This document shows, one piece after another, positions 18,497 through 28,956 of a DNA stretch of 64,000 bases. The stretch's first letter is position 1, and each line of letters starts with the position of its first letter. The notes below the pieces were generated by a model, which ran no database searches, had not been told where the DNA came from, and saw nothing but the letters and a program-made list of their open reading frames with translations. The stretch spans positions 37,554 through 101,553 of the forward strand of contig CANQTH010000001.1 in assembly GCA_947626795.1 (NCBI GenBank), in the 5' to 3' direction. The DNA is from an uncultured Lachnospiraceae bacterium. GTDB lineage: Bacteria > Bacillota > Clostridia > Lachnospirales > Lachnospiraceae. A program made the translations under genes and the position numbers.

Positions 18497-19933
18497 ATGA
18501 AAAAGAAACGTCTCCTTATCATCCCATGCGCCCTGCTCCTGGCGGCCTTAGCCGCCGCGGGGATCGCCGCGCGCCAATTTTACTTAGAACGATATTATGT
18601 CGTCTCCTGCCAGAGCGCGCCGTATGAAGACACGGCCAGGCTTCTGTCCAACCCGTACTGCGGCTGGTACCGCATTTACGGCTACGCGCTCTCGGACTCC
18701 GCACCGCCGGACATGGAGGCCATGCAAAAAAATATCGCCTCGGACGACAACGAGCTGGTTCTTTTGGAACTCAACCTGCGGAATTACGCTGCTTCCGACA
18801 TCAGCCCGACAGGGCTTGCCCAATTGGAATCCATCCTGTCCGCCTGGGAGGCGTCCGGCAAGCAGCTCATCCTGCGCTTCCTGTATGACTGGGACGGCAA
18901 GGCCAGGGAAACCGAACCGGACGACATCTCCGTCATCAAGCGCCACATGGAACAGGCCGCAAAGGCCGTCAACCGCCATAAAAGCTGCGTCTACCTGCTG
19001 CAGGGCATCTTTGTGGGCAATTGCGGGGAAATGAACAATTCCAATTATATGGCCGCAGAGCAGATGCGCGAGCTTGCCGCATATCTGGACTCCGTTATCG
19101 ACAAGTCGATCTTCCTGTCCGTGCGCACCCCGGCGCATTACCGCGCCATCAGCCAGTCCTTCGACCCTTTGCCCGCCGAGAAAGCATTTTCCGGCGCGAT
19201 CGAGGCAAGAACCGGGCTGTTCAACGACGGGATGCTCGGCTCCGCCAGCGACCTGGGCACCTACGGGGAGACGCCCCTCGCCGAAGCGGCGGACTTTAAC
19301 GGAAAAGGTACGCGCGCGGAAGAGATCGCGTTCCAAAACGCCCTCTGCCAGTATGTGCCGAACGGCGGCGAGGCCGTCCTGGACAACGAATACAACGATT
19401 TCCCCAACGCCGTCGCCGACCTGCGCGAAATGCACGTCTCCTACTTAGACTGCGGCTACGACCTCGCCGTGCTGGAAAAATGGCGCGGCAGCTCTTACGG
19501 GGGGGACGGCTGCTTCCACGGCGGGGACGGCTGCTCCTACATCGGCGCGCACCTTGGCTACCGCTATGCCTTCCGCTCCTCTGACTGCAGCTTCGACCCG
19601 TTCCGCGACGGGACCGCCGCCTTTTCTCTCACCATCGAAAACAGCGGCTTCGCGAACAGCTACCGCCCCTTCTCCTCCGTCGTGACCGTGCTGCGCGAAG
19701 ACGGGAGCGTCTGCGACGCCATCCCCGTCCGCTCCGACGCGCGCCTTTGGAAGAGCGGGGAATCCGTCACGCTCCAAGTCCCGCTCGACGTCTGCGCCTA
19801 TAAGGAAGGGACTTACCGCATTTACTATCGGCTGTCCGACCCGGCCTTGGACGGCCGCACCATCCTGTTCGCCAACACGCTGTCCTTATCCGAATACGGC
19901 TATCCAATCGCCACGCTGACCGTCGAGAAGTAA
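18497..19933 (+). CDS. DUF4874/DUF4832-type putative glycoside hydrolase with N-terminal signal/anchor
   Basis: NPYCGWY, LRFLYDWDG, GIFVGNCGEMN, GLFNDG, PNGGE, HLGYR; hydrophobic N-terminus. Confidence 0.7.
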   Translation: MKKKRLLIIPCALLLAALAAAGIAARQFYLERYYVVSCQSAPYEDTARLLSNPYCGWYRIYGYALSDSAPPDMEAMQKNIASDDNELVLLELNLRNYAASDISPTGLAQLESILSAWEASGKQLILRFLYDWDGKARETEPDDISVIKRHMEQAAKAVNRHKSCVYLLQGIFVGNCGEMNNSNYMAAEQMRELAAYLDSVIDKSIFLSVRTPAHYRAISQSFDPLPAEKAFSGAIEARTGLFNDGMLGSASDLGTYGETPLAEAADFNGKGTRAEEIAFQNALCQYVPNGGEAVLDNEYNDFPNAVADLREMHVSYLDCGYDLAVLEKWRGSSYGGDGCFHGGDGCSYIGAHLGYRYAFRSSDCSFDPFRDGTAAFSLTIENSGFANSYRPFSSVVTVLREDGSVCDAIPVRSDARLWKSGESVTLQVPLDVCAYKEGTYRIYYRLSDPALDGRTILFANTLSLSEYGYPIATLTVEK

Positions 19934-20005
19934 AACGGACGATCCTGGAACTTTCCGGCGGCGTGACACGGATATCCAATCGCCACACTGACTGTCGAGA
20001 AGTAA
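19901..20005. repeat. 33-bp 3' end of the DUF4832 gene duplicated 72 bp downstream
   Basis: TATCCAATCGCCAC(G/A)CTGAC(C/T)GTCGAGAAGTAA at 19901 and 19973. Confidence 0.85.
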
Positions 20006-20021
20006 TGCGGCGTTCCTTCCC

Positions 20022-21305
20022 TTACTTCATAAACGTCCCCAGGCAGACGCTTCCGTCCGCACCAGACGGATTCGCAAACAAAATTGTCCGCCCGTCACGC
20101 TTTCTGCGCATGGAAAGCGACAGGACGCGCGCGTTTTCTTCCAATTCCTTGTCCAGCGCCACGGACATCTCCCTTTTTTCCTGCGGCCGCACGCCGCGCA
20201 GGCGTTCCGGCAAAACGACCGTTTCCGCCCTGCCGCCCGCCGTCTTGACCGAAAGCGCAAGCTCCGCTTCCTCATACAGCGGCGCGAATCCCGTATTCTC
20301 GATCCAGATCCGCAGGGCCCTGTCTTTTTTCCCGAACAGCTCCGCCCCACGCACAACAAGGCGGTACCCTAAGTGGCAGCCGATATAGTGGAGCGCGCTG
20401 CACCCGTCCCACGGGCCGTCCCCTTCCCAGGTTTCCGCCTCCCATTCCTTCAGGCGCGCGGCGTCATGCGTCCGGTTCAGGTATGTGGCGCGCGCAAGCC
20501 GCAGCTCCCTTGCCGCCTCTTTCCCATCAATCGAAAGCCCGCTCACGGCCTCTCCGCCATAAGGGACGCGCGCGGACGCCCGCCCGATGAACGCCAGCTC
20601 CTCCTGCCTGTCCCAACGGCCCAGCCACCCGGCTTCCTTTGCCTCCTGGCTGCCGAATGTCCCCAGATCGTCGGCGGAGCCGAACATCCCGTCATTGAAC
20701 AGGCCGATCCTGCCGTCGCCCGTCCCTTCGCCCGCCGGATGCAGCATCCACCACTGCTGCGGCGTGCGCACCGCCGCCGGGATATCCCCAAAGGCTTCCC
20801 GCCACGCCTGCATCAACTGCCGCAGACGCTCCTCTGATAAGAACTTCGAGCCGTGCATTTCCCCCCAGTTCCCGACAAACAGGCCCTGCGCCACCGCGAT
20901 CTGCCTGCGGAACTTCACAGCGGACGCGCCGACCTGCCGGATATGGCCCAGCACGGTCTTTAAAAATTCCGGCTCGCGCTCCATCCCGCGTCCCTCGCGG
21001 TCATAAACGACGCGCAGGATGACGTCTTTCCCATGCGCCTGGAAAAACCCCAGGATCTCCTCGAAGCGCAGCAGCGCGTCCTGCGGGATCTTGGAATCGC
21101 GGAACGCGCCGATGTCCGCCAGCACGAGCGCCAGCGATTCTTCCTCGCGAAGGCTCCAGCGCAGCTCTTCCAGATCCGTCTCTTCCCCTAAGCCAAACGG
21201 ATAGATCCGGTACCATCCGCAGGCGGGATTCGTTAAATATGCCGTGCTCTCCTCAAACAGCGCAGGCGCGAAGCGGGCCTGCCTCTTTTTCTTAATAAAG
21301 CTCAT
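20022..21305 (-). CDS. Second DUF4832-type paralogue, no signal peptide
   Basis: NPACGWY, LRVVYD, GLFVGNWGEMH, GLFNDG, PYGGE, HLGYR. Confidence 0.7.
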   Translation of the reverse strand: MSFIKKKRQARFAPALFEESTAYLTNPACGWYRIYPFGLGEETDLEELRWSLREEESLALVLADIGAFRDSKIPQDALLRFEEILGFFQAHGKDVILRVVYDREGRGMEREPEFLKTVLGHIRQVGASAVKFRRQIAVAQGLFVGNWGEMHGSKFLSEERLRQLMQAWREAFGDIPAAVRTPQQWWMLHPAGEGTGDGRIGLFNDGMFGSADDLGTFGSQEAKEAGWLGRWDRQEELAFIGRASARVPYGGEAVSGLSIDGKEAARELRLARATYLNRTHDAARLKEWEAETWEGDGPWDGCSALHYIGCHLGYRLVVRGAELFGKKDRALRIWIENTGFAPLYEEAELALSVKTAGGRAETVVLPERLRGVRPQEKREMSVALDKELEENARVLSLSMRRKRDGRTILFANPSGADGSVCLGTFMK

Positions 21306-22077
21306 CTGAAATCTTTTCCTCTGTCTCCAGCTTAAATACTTTTATGCGGAACAGCACCGCCAGGATGGAAAAAAACATCCGGAACATATAGATGACGGGC
21401 CGCCAGCCGGAATGCATGCTGAACCCCTTCGTGCGGGGATGCATCACCGCCGGGATCTCCCGGATCTGGAAGCCCAGCAGGAGCATCTGCATGATCATAT
21501 TCGCGTCTGGGTATTTGTCGTCAAAATGCCCGTATTGGGAATAATACAGGGCCGTCCTGCGGTTCAGCCCCTGCAGCCCGGTCGTCGGATCCGCGATCGC
21601 CCGCCCGGTCGCCATCCGTATCATGGCGCGGAACAGGCGGTAGGCAAATTTCTTGATGGCGGTCGTCTCGAACTCGGAGCTGCCCGGCATGAAGCGCGAT
21701 CCAAGGACAATATCCGGCGCCCGCCCGTTCCCGTCTTTCGTCTTCAGCTCCCGGTAGATCTTCGGGATATTGCAGACGTCGTGCTGCCCATCCGCATCCA
21801 TCTGGATCACATACTGGTAATCGCGCCGGATGGCATATTTGTAGCCAAGCTGCAGCGCGCTTCCGTAGCCCAAATTGAACACATGGGTCACAAGCGCGTG
21901 CTTCCGCTCCTTCACCACCCAGTTCGTGGCGTCCTGAGACGCGTCGTTCATCACCAGCACGTCCGCAAATTCCCGTATTTCCGGCTTTTCAAGCTGCTCA
22001 AGCACTTTCGGGATATTTTTTTCTTCGTTATACGCAGGAATGATGATCAATACTTCCTTATGCGCCCTCTCGCCCAT
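21292..22077 (-). CDS. GT2 glycosyltransferase (DPM1/PpgS-like)
   Basis: IIIPAYNEE, MNDASQD, QMDADGQH, VLGSRF, DPTTG. Confidence 0.9.
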   Translation of the reverse strand: MGERAHKEVLIIIPAYNEEKNIPKVLEQLEKPEIREFADVLVMNDASQDATNWVVKERKHALVTHVFNLGYGSALQLGYKYAIRRDYQYVIQMDADGQHDVCNIPKIYRELKTKDGNGRAPDIVLGSRFMPGSSEFETTAIKKFAYRLFRAMIRMATGRAIADPTTGLQGLNRRTALYYSQYGHFDDKYPDANMIMQMLLLGFQIREIPAVMHPRTKGFSMHSGWRPVIYMFRMFFSILAVLFRIKVFKLETEEKISDELY

Positions 22078-22133
22078 AGCCAATCTCCTTCCCCTCTCGC
22101 TTCCTTCGTATGCCCCGGCCGCCTTGCGCCTTT

Positions 22134-22260
22134 CCTTATCGCGGCAGGCCTGGCAGCTCCTGCTTTCCCCCTGCGGTCCCTGCCCCGCCCTTATCGCGGC
22201 AGGCCTGGCGGCTCCTGCTTTCCCCCTGTGATCCCTGCCCCGTCCTTATTGCAACAGGCT
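22134..22260. repeat. 55-bp tandem repeat anchored on the GT4 stop codon
   Basis: CCTTAT(C/T)GC(GG/AA)CAGG at 22134, 22189 and 22244. Confidence 0.75.
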
Positions 22261-23451
22261 CAGCAGCATCTGCATTTCCTCTGTGTTCCCGAGCGGCCTC
22301 TTCCCGGCGGCTTCCCCCAGCCGCTCCCGCTTTTCCTTATCGTCGATCAAAGACGCCACGCACCGGAAAATGCCGTCCTCGGACAGCTCGCAGAGCAGCC
22401 CGTCCACGCCGTCCTCCACCTGCTCGCGGTTCCCGTTGCAGTCGGACGCGATGATGGCGCAGCCAAGCGCCTGCGCTTCCTGGATGGCGATGCTCTTTCC
22501 CTCGAACCGGGTCGCATGGACATAGATGTCGCATTGCCGATAGTACGGATACGGGTTCTCCACCGCCCCCAGCAGCTTGAAATCCCGTTCCAGCCCCAGG
22601 CTCTTTTGCTGCCGCTCCAGGCTCTCCCGCTGGTCGCCTTCCCCAAGGACATACCAGCGCGCCCGGTATCCGGCGTCTTTCAGCTTCTTCATGGCGCCAA
22701 GCGCGACGTCGTACGCCTTCTGGTGCGTGAGCCGCCCGACCGTGAGCAACCGTATCCCTGCAAATCGGTCGGAAAACCCGCCCGGCCGGTCCGCCATTTC
22801 CAAGATCCGGTCCCGGTTAATGATATTGTGGAAGACCTGCGTCTTCCCCGCCCATTCCGGATAGACTTGCAAAAACGCCGTGCGGACTTCTTCTGAGACC
22901 CCGAAGATCCGATCGAACTTCGCATAGCAGTCCCGGTCCATCTTCCGCGTGTATCCGGCGCTCCCGTAGTCAATATGCACAAACGCCGCTTTTTTCCCTG
23001 CCTTCACATGATCCGCCGTAAAATACGTCGCGCCGCCTTCCAGATACGCGACCGCTAAGTCGTATTCCTCCTCCGGGTACTCGCCGCCGTCCGAAAGCAG
23101 CCGCCAGAACAGCTTATCCGCCCGGAACGCCTTCTGCCTGCGCATCTCGTTGGCGGCGACCGCCATGCCCCACAGCTTCCTTCCCCATTTCCCATTGCGG
23201 AAAAAGCTCCGAACTACAGCCTTCTTTATGTGGCGGCGGCCGTTTTCCGAAAGCACGGACGTGTCCCTGTATTCGCGGTTCAGCAGCCTCACATGGCCCG
23301 GCAGCTCGCGCACAAGCTCTCCCTGCCCCAGGACCACGTACACGGAAATCTCATATTCTTCCTCGGGAAGGAGGCGCATCAGCTCTAACATCGCCATTTC
23401 CGCCCCGGCGCGCCCCAACGTATTGATGACAAACAAAATCTTTTTCTTCAT
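22246..23451 (-). CDS. GT4 glycosyltransferase
   Basis: LGRAGAEMAM, VGRLTHQKAYD, RFEGKSIAIQEA. Confidence 0.9.
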   Translation of the reverse strand: MKKKILFVINTLGRAGAEMAMLELMRLLPEEEYEISVYVVLGQGELVRELPGHVRLLNREYRDTSVLSENGRRHIKKAVVRSFFRNGKWGRKLWGMAVAANEMRRQKAFRADKLFWRLLSDGGEYPEEEYDLAVAYLEGGATYFTADHVKAGKKAAFVHIDYGSAGYTRKMDRDCYAKFDRIFGVSEEVRTAFLQVYPEWAGKTQVFHNIINRDRILEMADRPGGFSDRFAGIRLLTVGRLTHQKAYDVALGAMKKLKDAGYRARWYVLGEGDQRESLERQQKSLGLERDFKLLGAVENPYPYYRQCDIYVHATRFEGKSIAIQEAQALGCAIIASDCNGNREQVEDGVDGLLCELSEDGIFRCVASLIDDKEKRERLGEAAGKRPLGNTEEMQMLLSLLQ

Positions 23452-23452
23452 C

Positions 23453-23833
23453 CTACCCTTTTCCCTCTTCGACGGACTCTTCTTCCTTTAATTTCTGCAA
23501 AAGGATCTCGTTTTCCTGGTTCAAAAGCGATACGTGCATCGCAAGCTCCTGGTTCTTGCGGAGAAGCTGCGAGACGGCGCAGCTTAGGTAAAAAAAGCAG
23601 ATCAGGATCGAGAGGCTGATCAGAAGGAACGCCGGGACGGCCTCCCCCGGCACGATCCTCGTCCAGTCCGACAGCCCGGGCACCGCCCCCAGCAAAATAA
23701 ATACGATGGAGAACGCGCCCCAGCAGAGCATGAACCCGACTGTGATCTTCTGATAGACAAACGACAGGAAGTCAAGGATAAGGAGCGCGATCCCCTCGAT
23801 CACCGTCACCACGCATAAAAATACCGACGTCAT
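23453..23833 (-). CDS. DUF2304-like small membrane protein
   Basis: Three TM segments followed by LLRKNQELAMHVSLL. Confidence 0.7.
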   Translation of the reverse strand: MTSVFLCVVTVIEGIALLILDFLSFVYQKITVGFMLCWGAFSIVFILLGAVPGLSDWTRIVPGEAVPAFLLISLSILICFFYLSCAVSQLLRKNQELAMHVSLLNQENEILLQKLKEEESVEEGKG

Positions 23834-25305
23834 TCCGCTTTCACCACCCCTTCTTTTTTCCTGTCCCGACGCGCGTCATATACCTTGGAGGGGAGCGCGG
23901 CCCCCTTTCCATAGTCGATCAGCGTCCCCCGGCAGAAGATATGCTCGTCTAAATGCCGCTCCACCCATCGGAGCCGGAAATAGGCGACGCCCCAGCCCAC
24001 GAGCGATCCCGCCGCGACGCCGATCCCGTACCATTTCTCGGAAAGTCCCGCGGCGTAAACGCTCACGGCGAACGTGACCAGCACGAAAGCGATCGCCGCC
24101 GCCAGCGCGCCCGCCAGGTCATTGTAGTAATATAAAAATATGATGGCGGAATACATTAAGAACAAAATAAAGTATCCTGCCGCGAGGCACGGGTAGATCT
24201 GCATCACCAGCCCGGAAAACCCGTATTGGGGCAGCATGACGACGCAGATCAGGAACACGCTGATGGAGATGATGAACTGGATGCGCGCGAGCGCCATAAG
24301 CTCCGAAGCGAGCTGGCGGAACATCCGGTTCTGCGCGTTGCGGATATCCACGCCCCGTCCGCCGATCACGGCTTCCGAATATCCTTTGTATTTGTCGCGG
24401 AAATGCATTTCCAGCCTTGAGATCAAAATGACCGTCGCGGAAATGTTCGTGAACATCGCGAGGCAGCTCGCCATGTCGTAGGCGGGCGCGCAGACGAAGC
24501 TCTCCGCCACCGTCATCTTGATGTCCGTCGCCCAGAATACGAAATTGTGGATGTAAAGCCCCGCCGTATAGAGCGTGTTGATGATGACGAGCGGCCACAG
24601 CTTGCGGAAATAGCGCAGCACGGGACGGTACCTCCCGCTGTTTTTCTTAAAATACCGCTTGATCATGGCGATCTCCTGGCAGGCGATCAGCAAGAACCCC
24701 GCCACGATGGACACCAGCATCGAATTTGTCACCGGGAAGGAAAACACGCGCACCAATACCAGAGACATCAGCAGGGACGCCGCCATCCCCACGAAGAAGA
24801 AGATCGTGATCTTCTTGTAATCCTTGCAGATCTGAATATACAAGATCGAGTAGAACACCAGCACGCAGGCGATATACCCGCAGAATCCTGTAAACACGTA
24901 CAGGATGCCGATCTTCCCGACGACCGCCTCATGGATGCAGAACGGGATCCCGGTCAGGCAGCCTAAGAAGACGCTCATGGCAAGCCCCACGTAAAAGCAG
25001 GGGATGATATCCTCATACTTCTCCTCAAAGATCACGTCCGACATATAGCGGGAAAGCAGCGCGTTAAACGGCGCTGTCGTAAGCAGGGAGAAAACAAACA
25101 TATATAAGATCGTGCAGGAAAATAACTCCCGCGGCGCGTAAGGCTCCTTGGAAAGCCCAAGCGCCTCCCCCATCACGACAATATTCCCTATGACCAGAAA
25201 CATCGGCGCGACGGTGACGACCGCGCTGTACCCGAACCCGATCAGGTCGGACACCAGCGTATTTTTCTCAAAAATGCGGTTCAGCTTTACTCCTATCCCT
25301 GCCAT
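23830..25305 (-). CDS. pelG: Pel exopolysaccharide transporter PelG
   Basis: MAGIG..L start, SRYMSD, IHNFVFW, PAYDMASCLA; follows pelF. Confidence 0.88.
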   Translation of the reverse strand: MAGIGVKLNRIFEKNTLVSDLIGFGYSAVVTVAPMFLVIGNIVVMGEALGLSKEPYAPRELFSCTILYMFVFSLLTTAPFNALLSRYMSDVIFEEKYEDIIPCFYVGLAMSVFLGCLTGIPFCIHEAVVGKIGILYVFTGFCGYIACVLVFYSILYIQICKDYKKITIFFFVGMAASLLMSLVLVRVFSFPVTNSMLVSIVAGFLLIACQEIAMIKRYFKKNSGRYRPVLRYFRKLWPLVIINTLYTAGLYIHNFVFWATDIKMTVAESFVCAPAYDMASCLAMFTNISATVILISRLEMHFRDKYKGYSEAVIGGRGVDIRNAQNRMFRQLASELMALARIQFIISISVFLICVVMLPQYGFSGLVMQIYPCLAAGYFILFLMYSAIIFLYYYNDLAGALAAAIAFVLVTFAVSVYAAGLSEKWYGIGVAAGSLVGWGVAYFRLRWVERHLDEHIFCRGTLIDYGKGAALPSKVYDARRDRKKEGVVKAE

Positions 25306-25338
25306 AGCGGCAACCATGCCTCCTCTCTACCGAAAACC

Positions 25339-27018
25339 CTATGCCTTGTCCTCGGATCCCTTATCCGGCTTATCCTCCGGTTTCTCATCCGGCCAGCTCA
25401 GCTCGCTCTCGGATCCCTTATCCGGCTTATCCTCCGGTTCCTCATCCGGCCAGCTCATCTCCCCATCGGATTCCTCCTCCGGCTCGCTCTCGGATCCCTT
25501 ATCCGGCTTATCCTCCGGTTCCTCATCCGGCCAGTCCGGCCCATCCCCGGACGGCTCAGACGCCTCTTCCTCCAGATACGTCCAGTTGCGCGGCATCCCA
25601 TCCTCAAAATCCGTATAGATCTCGTCATACGTCTTTTTCATGTCGGAGATCGTATACTTGGACATCAGGCGCCGATAGCCGTTCTCCCCCATCCGCGTCC
25701 GCCGCTCGGAATTGTTGGCAAGCTCCAGGATCGCCTGGGAGATCTCCTCAATGTTCATGATGTGGGTCAAGATCCCCGCTTCCCCGAACTCGTCGCCTTC
25801 CCCGTATAAAAGCCCCCGGCAGTTCCCCACGTCCGTAGCTATGACGGGCTTGTGCGCGGCGTAGCTTTCCAGGATCGTGAGCGGCTGCCCCTCGCTGATG
25901 CTCGTTAAGATCGTCATGTCCATGCGCCCGAGGTAATCCTTGACATTGATCCTCCCGGTGAACACAATGTCCTTTACCTGCATCGTCTCCACCAGGTCAA
26001 AACATTCCTGCGCATACTCCTTATCCTCGTCATAAGGCCCCATGACCCACAGCTTTAGCCGCGGCTGCCGCGCCTTCGCGTAGGCGAACGCCTGGATCAT
26101 GGTCTTCACGTCCTTGATCGGCGTCACGCGCAGGACGGCCCCGACATTGATGAACGCCTGATCCTCCTCCGTCTTGGGGGCGAGACTGTCAAACCCCTCG
26201 ATATTGATCCCGTTCGGCGTCACGACGGTCTTATCCTCCGGGCAGCCCAGCTCGATCTGCAGCTCGCGCGCATGCTCGTACAGGCTCGTCACCAGATCCG
26301 CCCTGTCGTAGGCGAGCTTGGACATCTTGCGGAACTGCTCGATCCAGATATTCTTGTAGATGCCCTTCACCCATTTCGCCTTGATCAATTCCTCCTCGCG
26401 CTCCCTGGTATAGATCCCATGCTCCGAGATCAGCAGGCGGCTCCCGTGGCGGTAGTTCGCCATACTCCCCAACACGCCCGCGTACCCGGTCGCCACGCAG
26501 TGGTACAGATCAGCAGGCGGCACATCCATTTTCAGCGTGTGGAACAGCGGCAGGTAAATGGAGCGCATCGTCCACAGGAAATCCGAAAAGACTACCTGGC
26601 TGTAATTCAGATTATAGCAGTCCGACACGATGTGGAAGAAATCCGGCCCCATCAAAAGCTCGTTCAGCGACAGCCCCGGCTTCTGGAAAAACCGGAACAG
26701 CGTGTGCCAGTCGATCTTCTGGTTCAGGACCAGGCTTCGGATCGCCTTATACTCGCTTTCGTTCAGCTTCAAGGCCTTCTTCTTCCGGTTGTCGCACCAA
26801 TCCACGTCCTCTAAGTACAGTTCATGCACCTCGGTCAGGTTCTCCGGGAGGTCGTACAGGAACTTCCCCCGGTAAGAACGGTTCGCCACGATCGTGAGCA
26901 AAATGAACTCCGTATCCGGAAACGACCGGATCAGGCTATGGATCCAGCTCGACACACCGCCGACCACATATGGATAACACCCTTCTGCAACTATGCAGAC
27001 CTTCAAATAACCAGCCAT
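25339..27018 (-). CDS. pelF: Pel GT4 glycosyltransferase PelF with acidic repeat tail
   Basis: EGCYPYVVGGVSSW, HCVATGYAG, SEHGIYTRER, RVTPIKD, SISEGQPL. Confidence 0.92.
   Translation of the reverse strand: MAGYLKVCIVAEGCYPYVVGGVSSWIHSLIRSFPDTEFILLTIVANRSYRGKFLYDLPENLTEVHELYLEDVDWCDNRKKKALKLNESEYKAIRSLVLNQKIDWHTLFRFFQKPGLSLNELLMGPDFFHIVSDCYNLNYSQVVFSDFLWTMRSIYLPLFHTLKMDVPPADLYHCVATGYAGVLGSMANYRHGSRLLISEHGIYTREREEELIKAKWVKGIYKNIWIEQFRKMSKLAYDRADLVTSLYEHARELQIELGCPEDKTVVTPNGINIEGFDSLAPKTEEDQAFINVGAVLRVTPIKDVKTMIQAFAYAKARQPRLKLWVMGPYDEDKEYAQECFDLVETMQVKDIVFTGRINVKDYLGRMDMTILTSISEGQPLTILESYAAHKPVIATDVGNCRGLLYGEGDEFGEAGILTHIMNIEEISQAILELANNSERRTRMGENGYRRLMSKYTISDMKKTYDEIYTDFEDGMPRNWTYLEEEASEPSGDGPDWPDEEPEDKPDKGSESEPEEESDGEMSWPDEEPEDKPDKGSESELSWPDEKPEDKPDKGSEDKA
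25345..25560 (-). repeat. Acidic repeat in the PelF C-terminus (WPDEEPEDKPDKGSE x3)
   Basis: Visible in DNA and protein. Confidence 0.85.
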
Positions 27019-27075
27019 TCGCCTCTGCCCCTAACTTTGCCCGCCGCTTCCCGCAGGCAGTCTTCCTTCCATGCC

Positions 27076-28935
27076 TTAATCATAATATCGCTTCTGCGCC
27101 CCCTTCAGCTTGATCTGCACCTCGCGGCTTTTCGCCGTGATCAGGTATACGCTTTCCTCGATCTCCTCCGCTTCCGCCCCGATGATTCCCTCAATCTCCT
27201 CGCCGTGCGTCCGCAGCAGGAGCCACGCCTTCTCGTCGAAATTATCCAGATGGATGGAAATGACGTCCCGCACCCGCCGATACGTATAATCCAACGCCAG
27301 GAACTTGCGGATATTCAGATTGCTCTCGGCGAGGGTCGTCTTGTTGAACTTCCGGAATTTCTTCCAATACGTGCTGGTGTTGCCCGCGAATTTCCGCGCC
27401 AGCTTTTCCCAGGAATCCTCGTCGCTCGACGGGTATGCAATCGGATTTAAGTCAATCTGGATGTTGGAATAGCCGAGCGCCGTCTGGATGCTCACCATGC
27501 GCAGGTCCTCGCTGAATTTGTGGCTGTACCCGTCGCAGACGCCCCGCTGCTTTATGATGGTTCCGAAGCCATAGTCAACCATCCAGTCGCTGTCCCCATA
27601 GTCTTCGAATATAGTGCGCACGGTCTTGAGCCTGTCGCGCCCCAAAGCCTGCTGCATCTCGCCGTCGCCCAGATTCCCCTGATAAAATGAGAGGATGGAG
27701 TAATCCGGCACGACCGCGTCCAGAAACCCGATATCCTGATCCAGCTTCTCCGAGACGCCGACTCCCTTCCCGTGCGTCCCCGAAAGCCCCGTCTCCGCGC
27801 CCTGCTCCTGGAACAGCTTCATATAGTAGACCAGCATATCCTCTTCCGGGTTGTTCTCATCGAAATATTCCATCTGCGGCATGATCATGCACGTCATCTT
27901 ATAGGAATTTTGCTGCGCCACGGACACCAGCCCCGGCCATACGATATCGCGGTACACGGCCTTGAGCGACTGGCTGTAGCGTTCCATCATCTCGTCCTCG
28001 TTCTCGTCGGACAGATCCGGGAAATTCAAGACGACCAGATTCTGCGCGTTAATGATCGGATAGACGTCATATCCTTTCATCTCGTACATGATCGCGCTTA
28101 AGATCCCAAGTCCCTCATTTCCTGCGAGATAATCGCCGTTTACCGCAAATATGAATGAATTGCGGTAGCTGTTGCGCCAGATCACCGCCGGGAGGTTCTG
28201 GTTGCGCATGATGACGTCGCCGTTTTCCATCAGCCCGTATTCTTCCATCGTGTCGTCTTCCATCATCCCGTACAGGAACACCTTCGTGCCGGACGACACG
28301 CGATACCACGGCATGGACAGCTTTAAGTCCTGCTGCGTCTTCTCCATCGTGTCGTCGAGGATGTATTCTTTCGCCCCGCCCAGCAAAAACCCGTCCATCA
28401 CGCGGATGCCCTCCGCCTTGATCTTCTCTTCCACCACCTCGCGGATGCCGAGCATCGATCGGAGCTGCGCGGAATCCTCCACCTCTTTCACATCCGGCAG
28501 GTTGCAGAAGACCATGTGGACGCCCTCGCCCGATAATTTGCCCAGCGTCAGGAGGTCTTTTTCGATATCCAGGTAATTCGCGTCGATAAAGACGGCTTCC
28601 GGCAGGGCCTCCTCATCGATCTCATAATCCGAGAGCGAGCGGTAACTCTCCAGGCAGCGCTTCGTATAAGAACACCACTCCGCCATGACCCTTCCTGTGG
28701 GCGTCCCCGTCTCGTCACCGATGTAAACGGCATACCGCCCTTTCCCCTTCCATTCCCCGTCGTCCTTCGTCGCCCCGGCGAGCAGCTTTTCCTCCTGCTT
28801 CGGGTTCGCCGACCTCTCATATTCATTTTTCCCATATGGATTCACGCGATCCTTTAAGATCTCCGGAATCTGAAACATGAACATGACCACCAGCATGATG
28901 ACCGTGATGGTGAAAAAATTCCTGCGGGATACCAT
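27076..28935 (-). CDS. DUF2194 protein (PelA-DA-like putative deacetylase)
   Basis: Position just before pelF; N-terminal TM; DIVWPGLV and GYDVYPIINA segments. Confidence 0.65.
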   Translation of the reverse strand: MVSRRNFFTITVIMLVVMFMFQIPEILKDRVNPYGKNEYERSANPKQEEKLLAGATKDDGEWKGKGRYAVYIGDETGTPTGRVMAEWCSYTKRCLESYRSLSDYEIDEEALPEAVFIDANYLDIEKDLLTLGKLSGEGVHMVFCNLPDVKEVEDSAQLRSMLGIREVVEEKIKAEGIRVMDGFLLGGAKEYILDDTMEKTQQDLKLSMPWYRVSSGTKVFLYGMMEDDTMEEYGLMENGDVIMRNQNLPAVIWRNSYRNSFIFAVNGDYLAGNEGLGILSAIMYEMKGYDVYPIINAQNLVVLNFPDLSDENEDEMMERYSQSLKAVYRDIVWPGLVSVAQQNSYKMTCMIMPQMEYFDENNPEEDMLVYYMKLFQEQGAETGLSGTHGKGVGVSEKLDQDIGFLDAVVPDYSILSFYQGNLGDGEMQQALGRDRLKTVRTIFEDYGDSDWMVDYGFGTIIKQRGVCDGYSHKFSEDLRMVSIQTALGYSNIQIDLNPIAYPSSDEDSWEKLARKFAGNTSTYWKKFRKFNKTTLAESNLNIRKFLALDYTYRRVRDVISIHLDNFDEKAWLLLRTHGEEIEGIIGAEAEEIEESVYLITAKSREVQIKLKGAQKRYYD

Positions 28936-28956
28936 AGAAAAACCTCCGCTGTAAGA

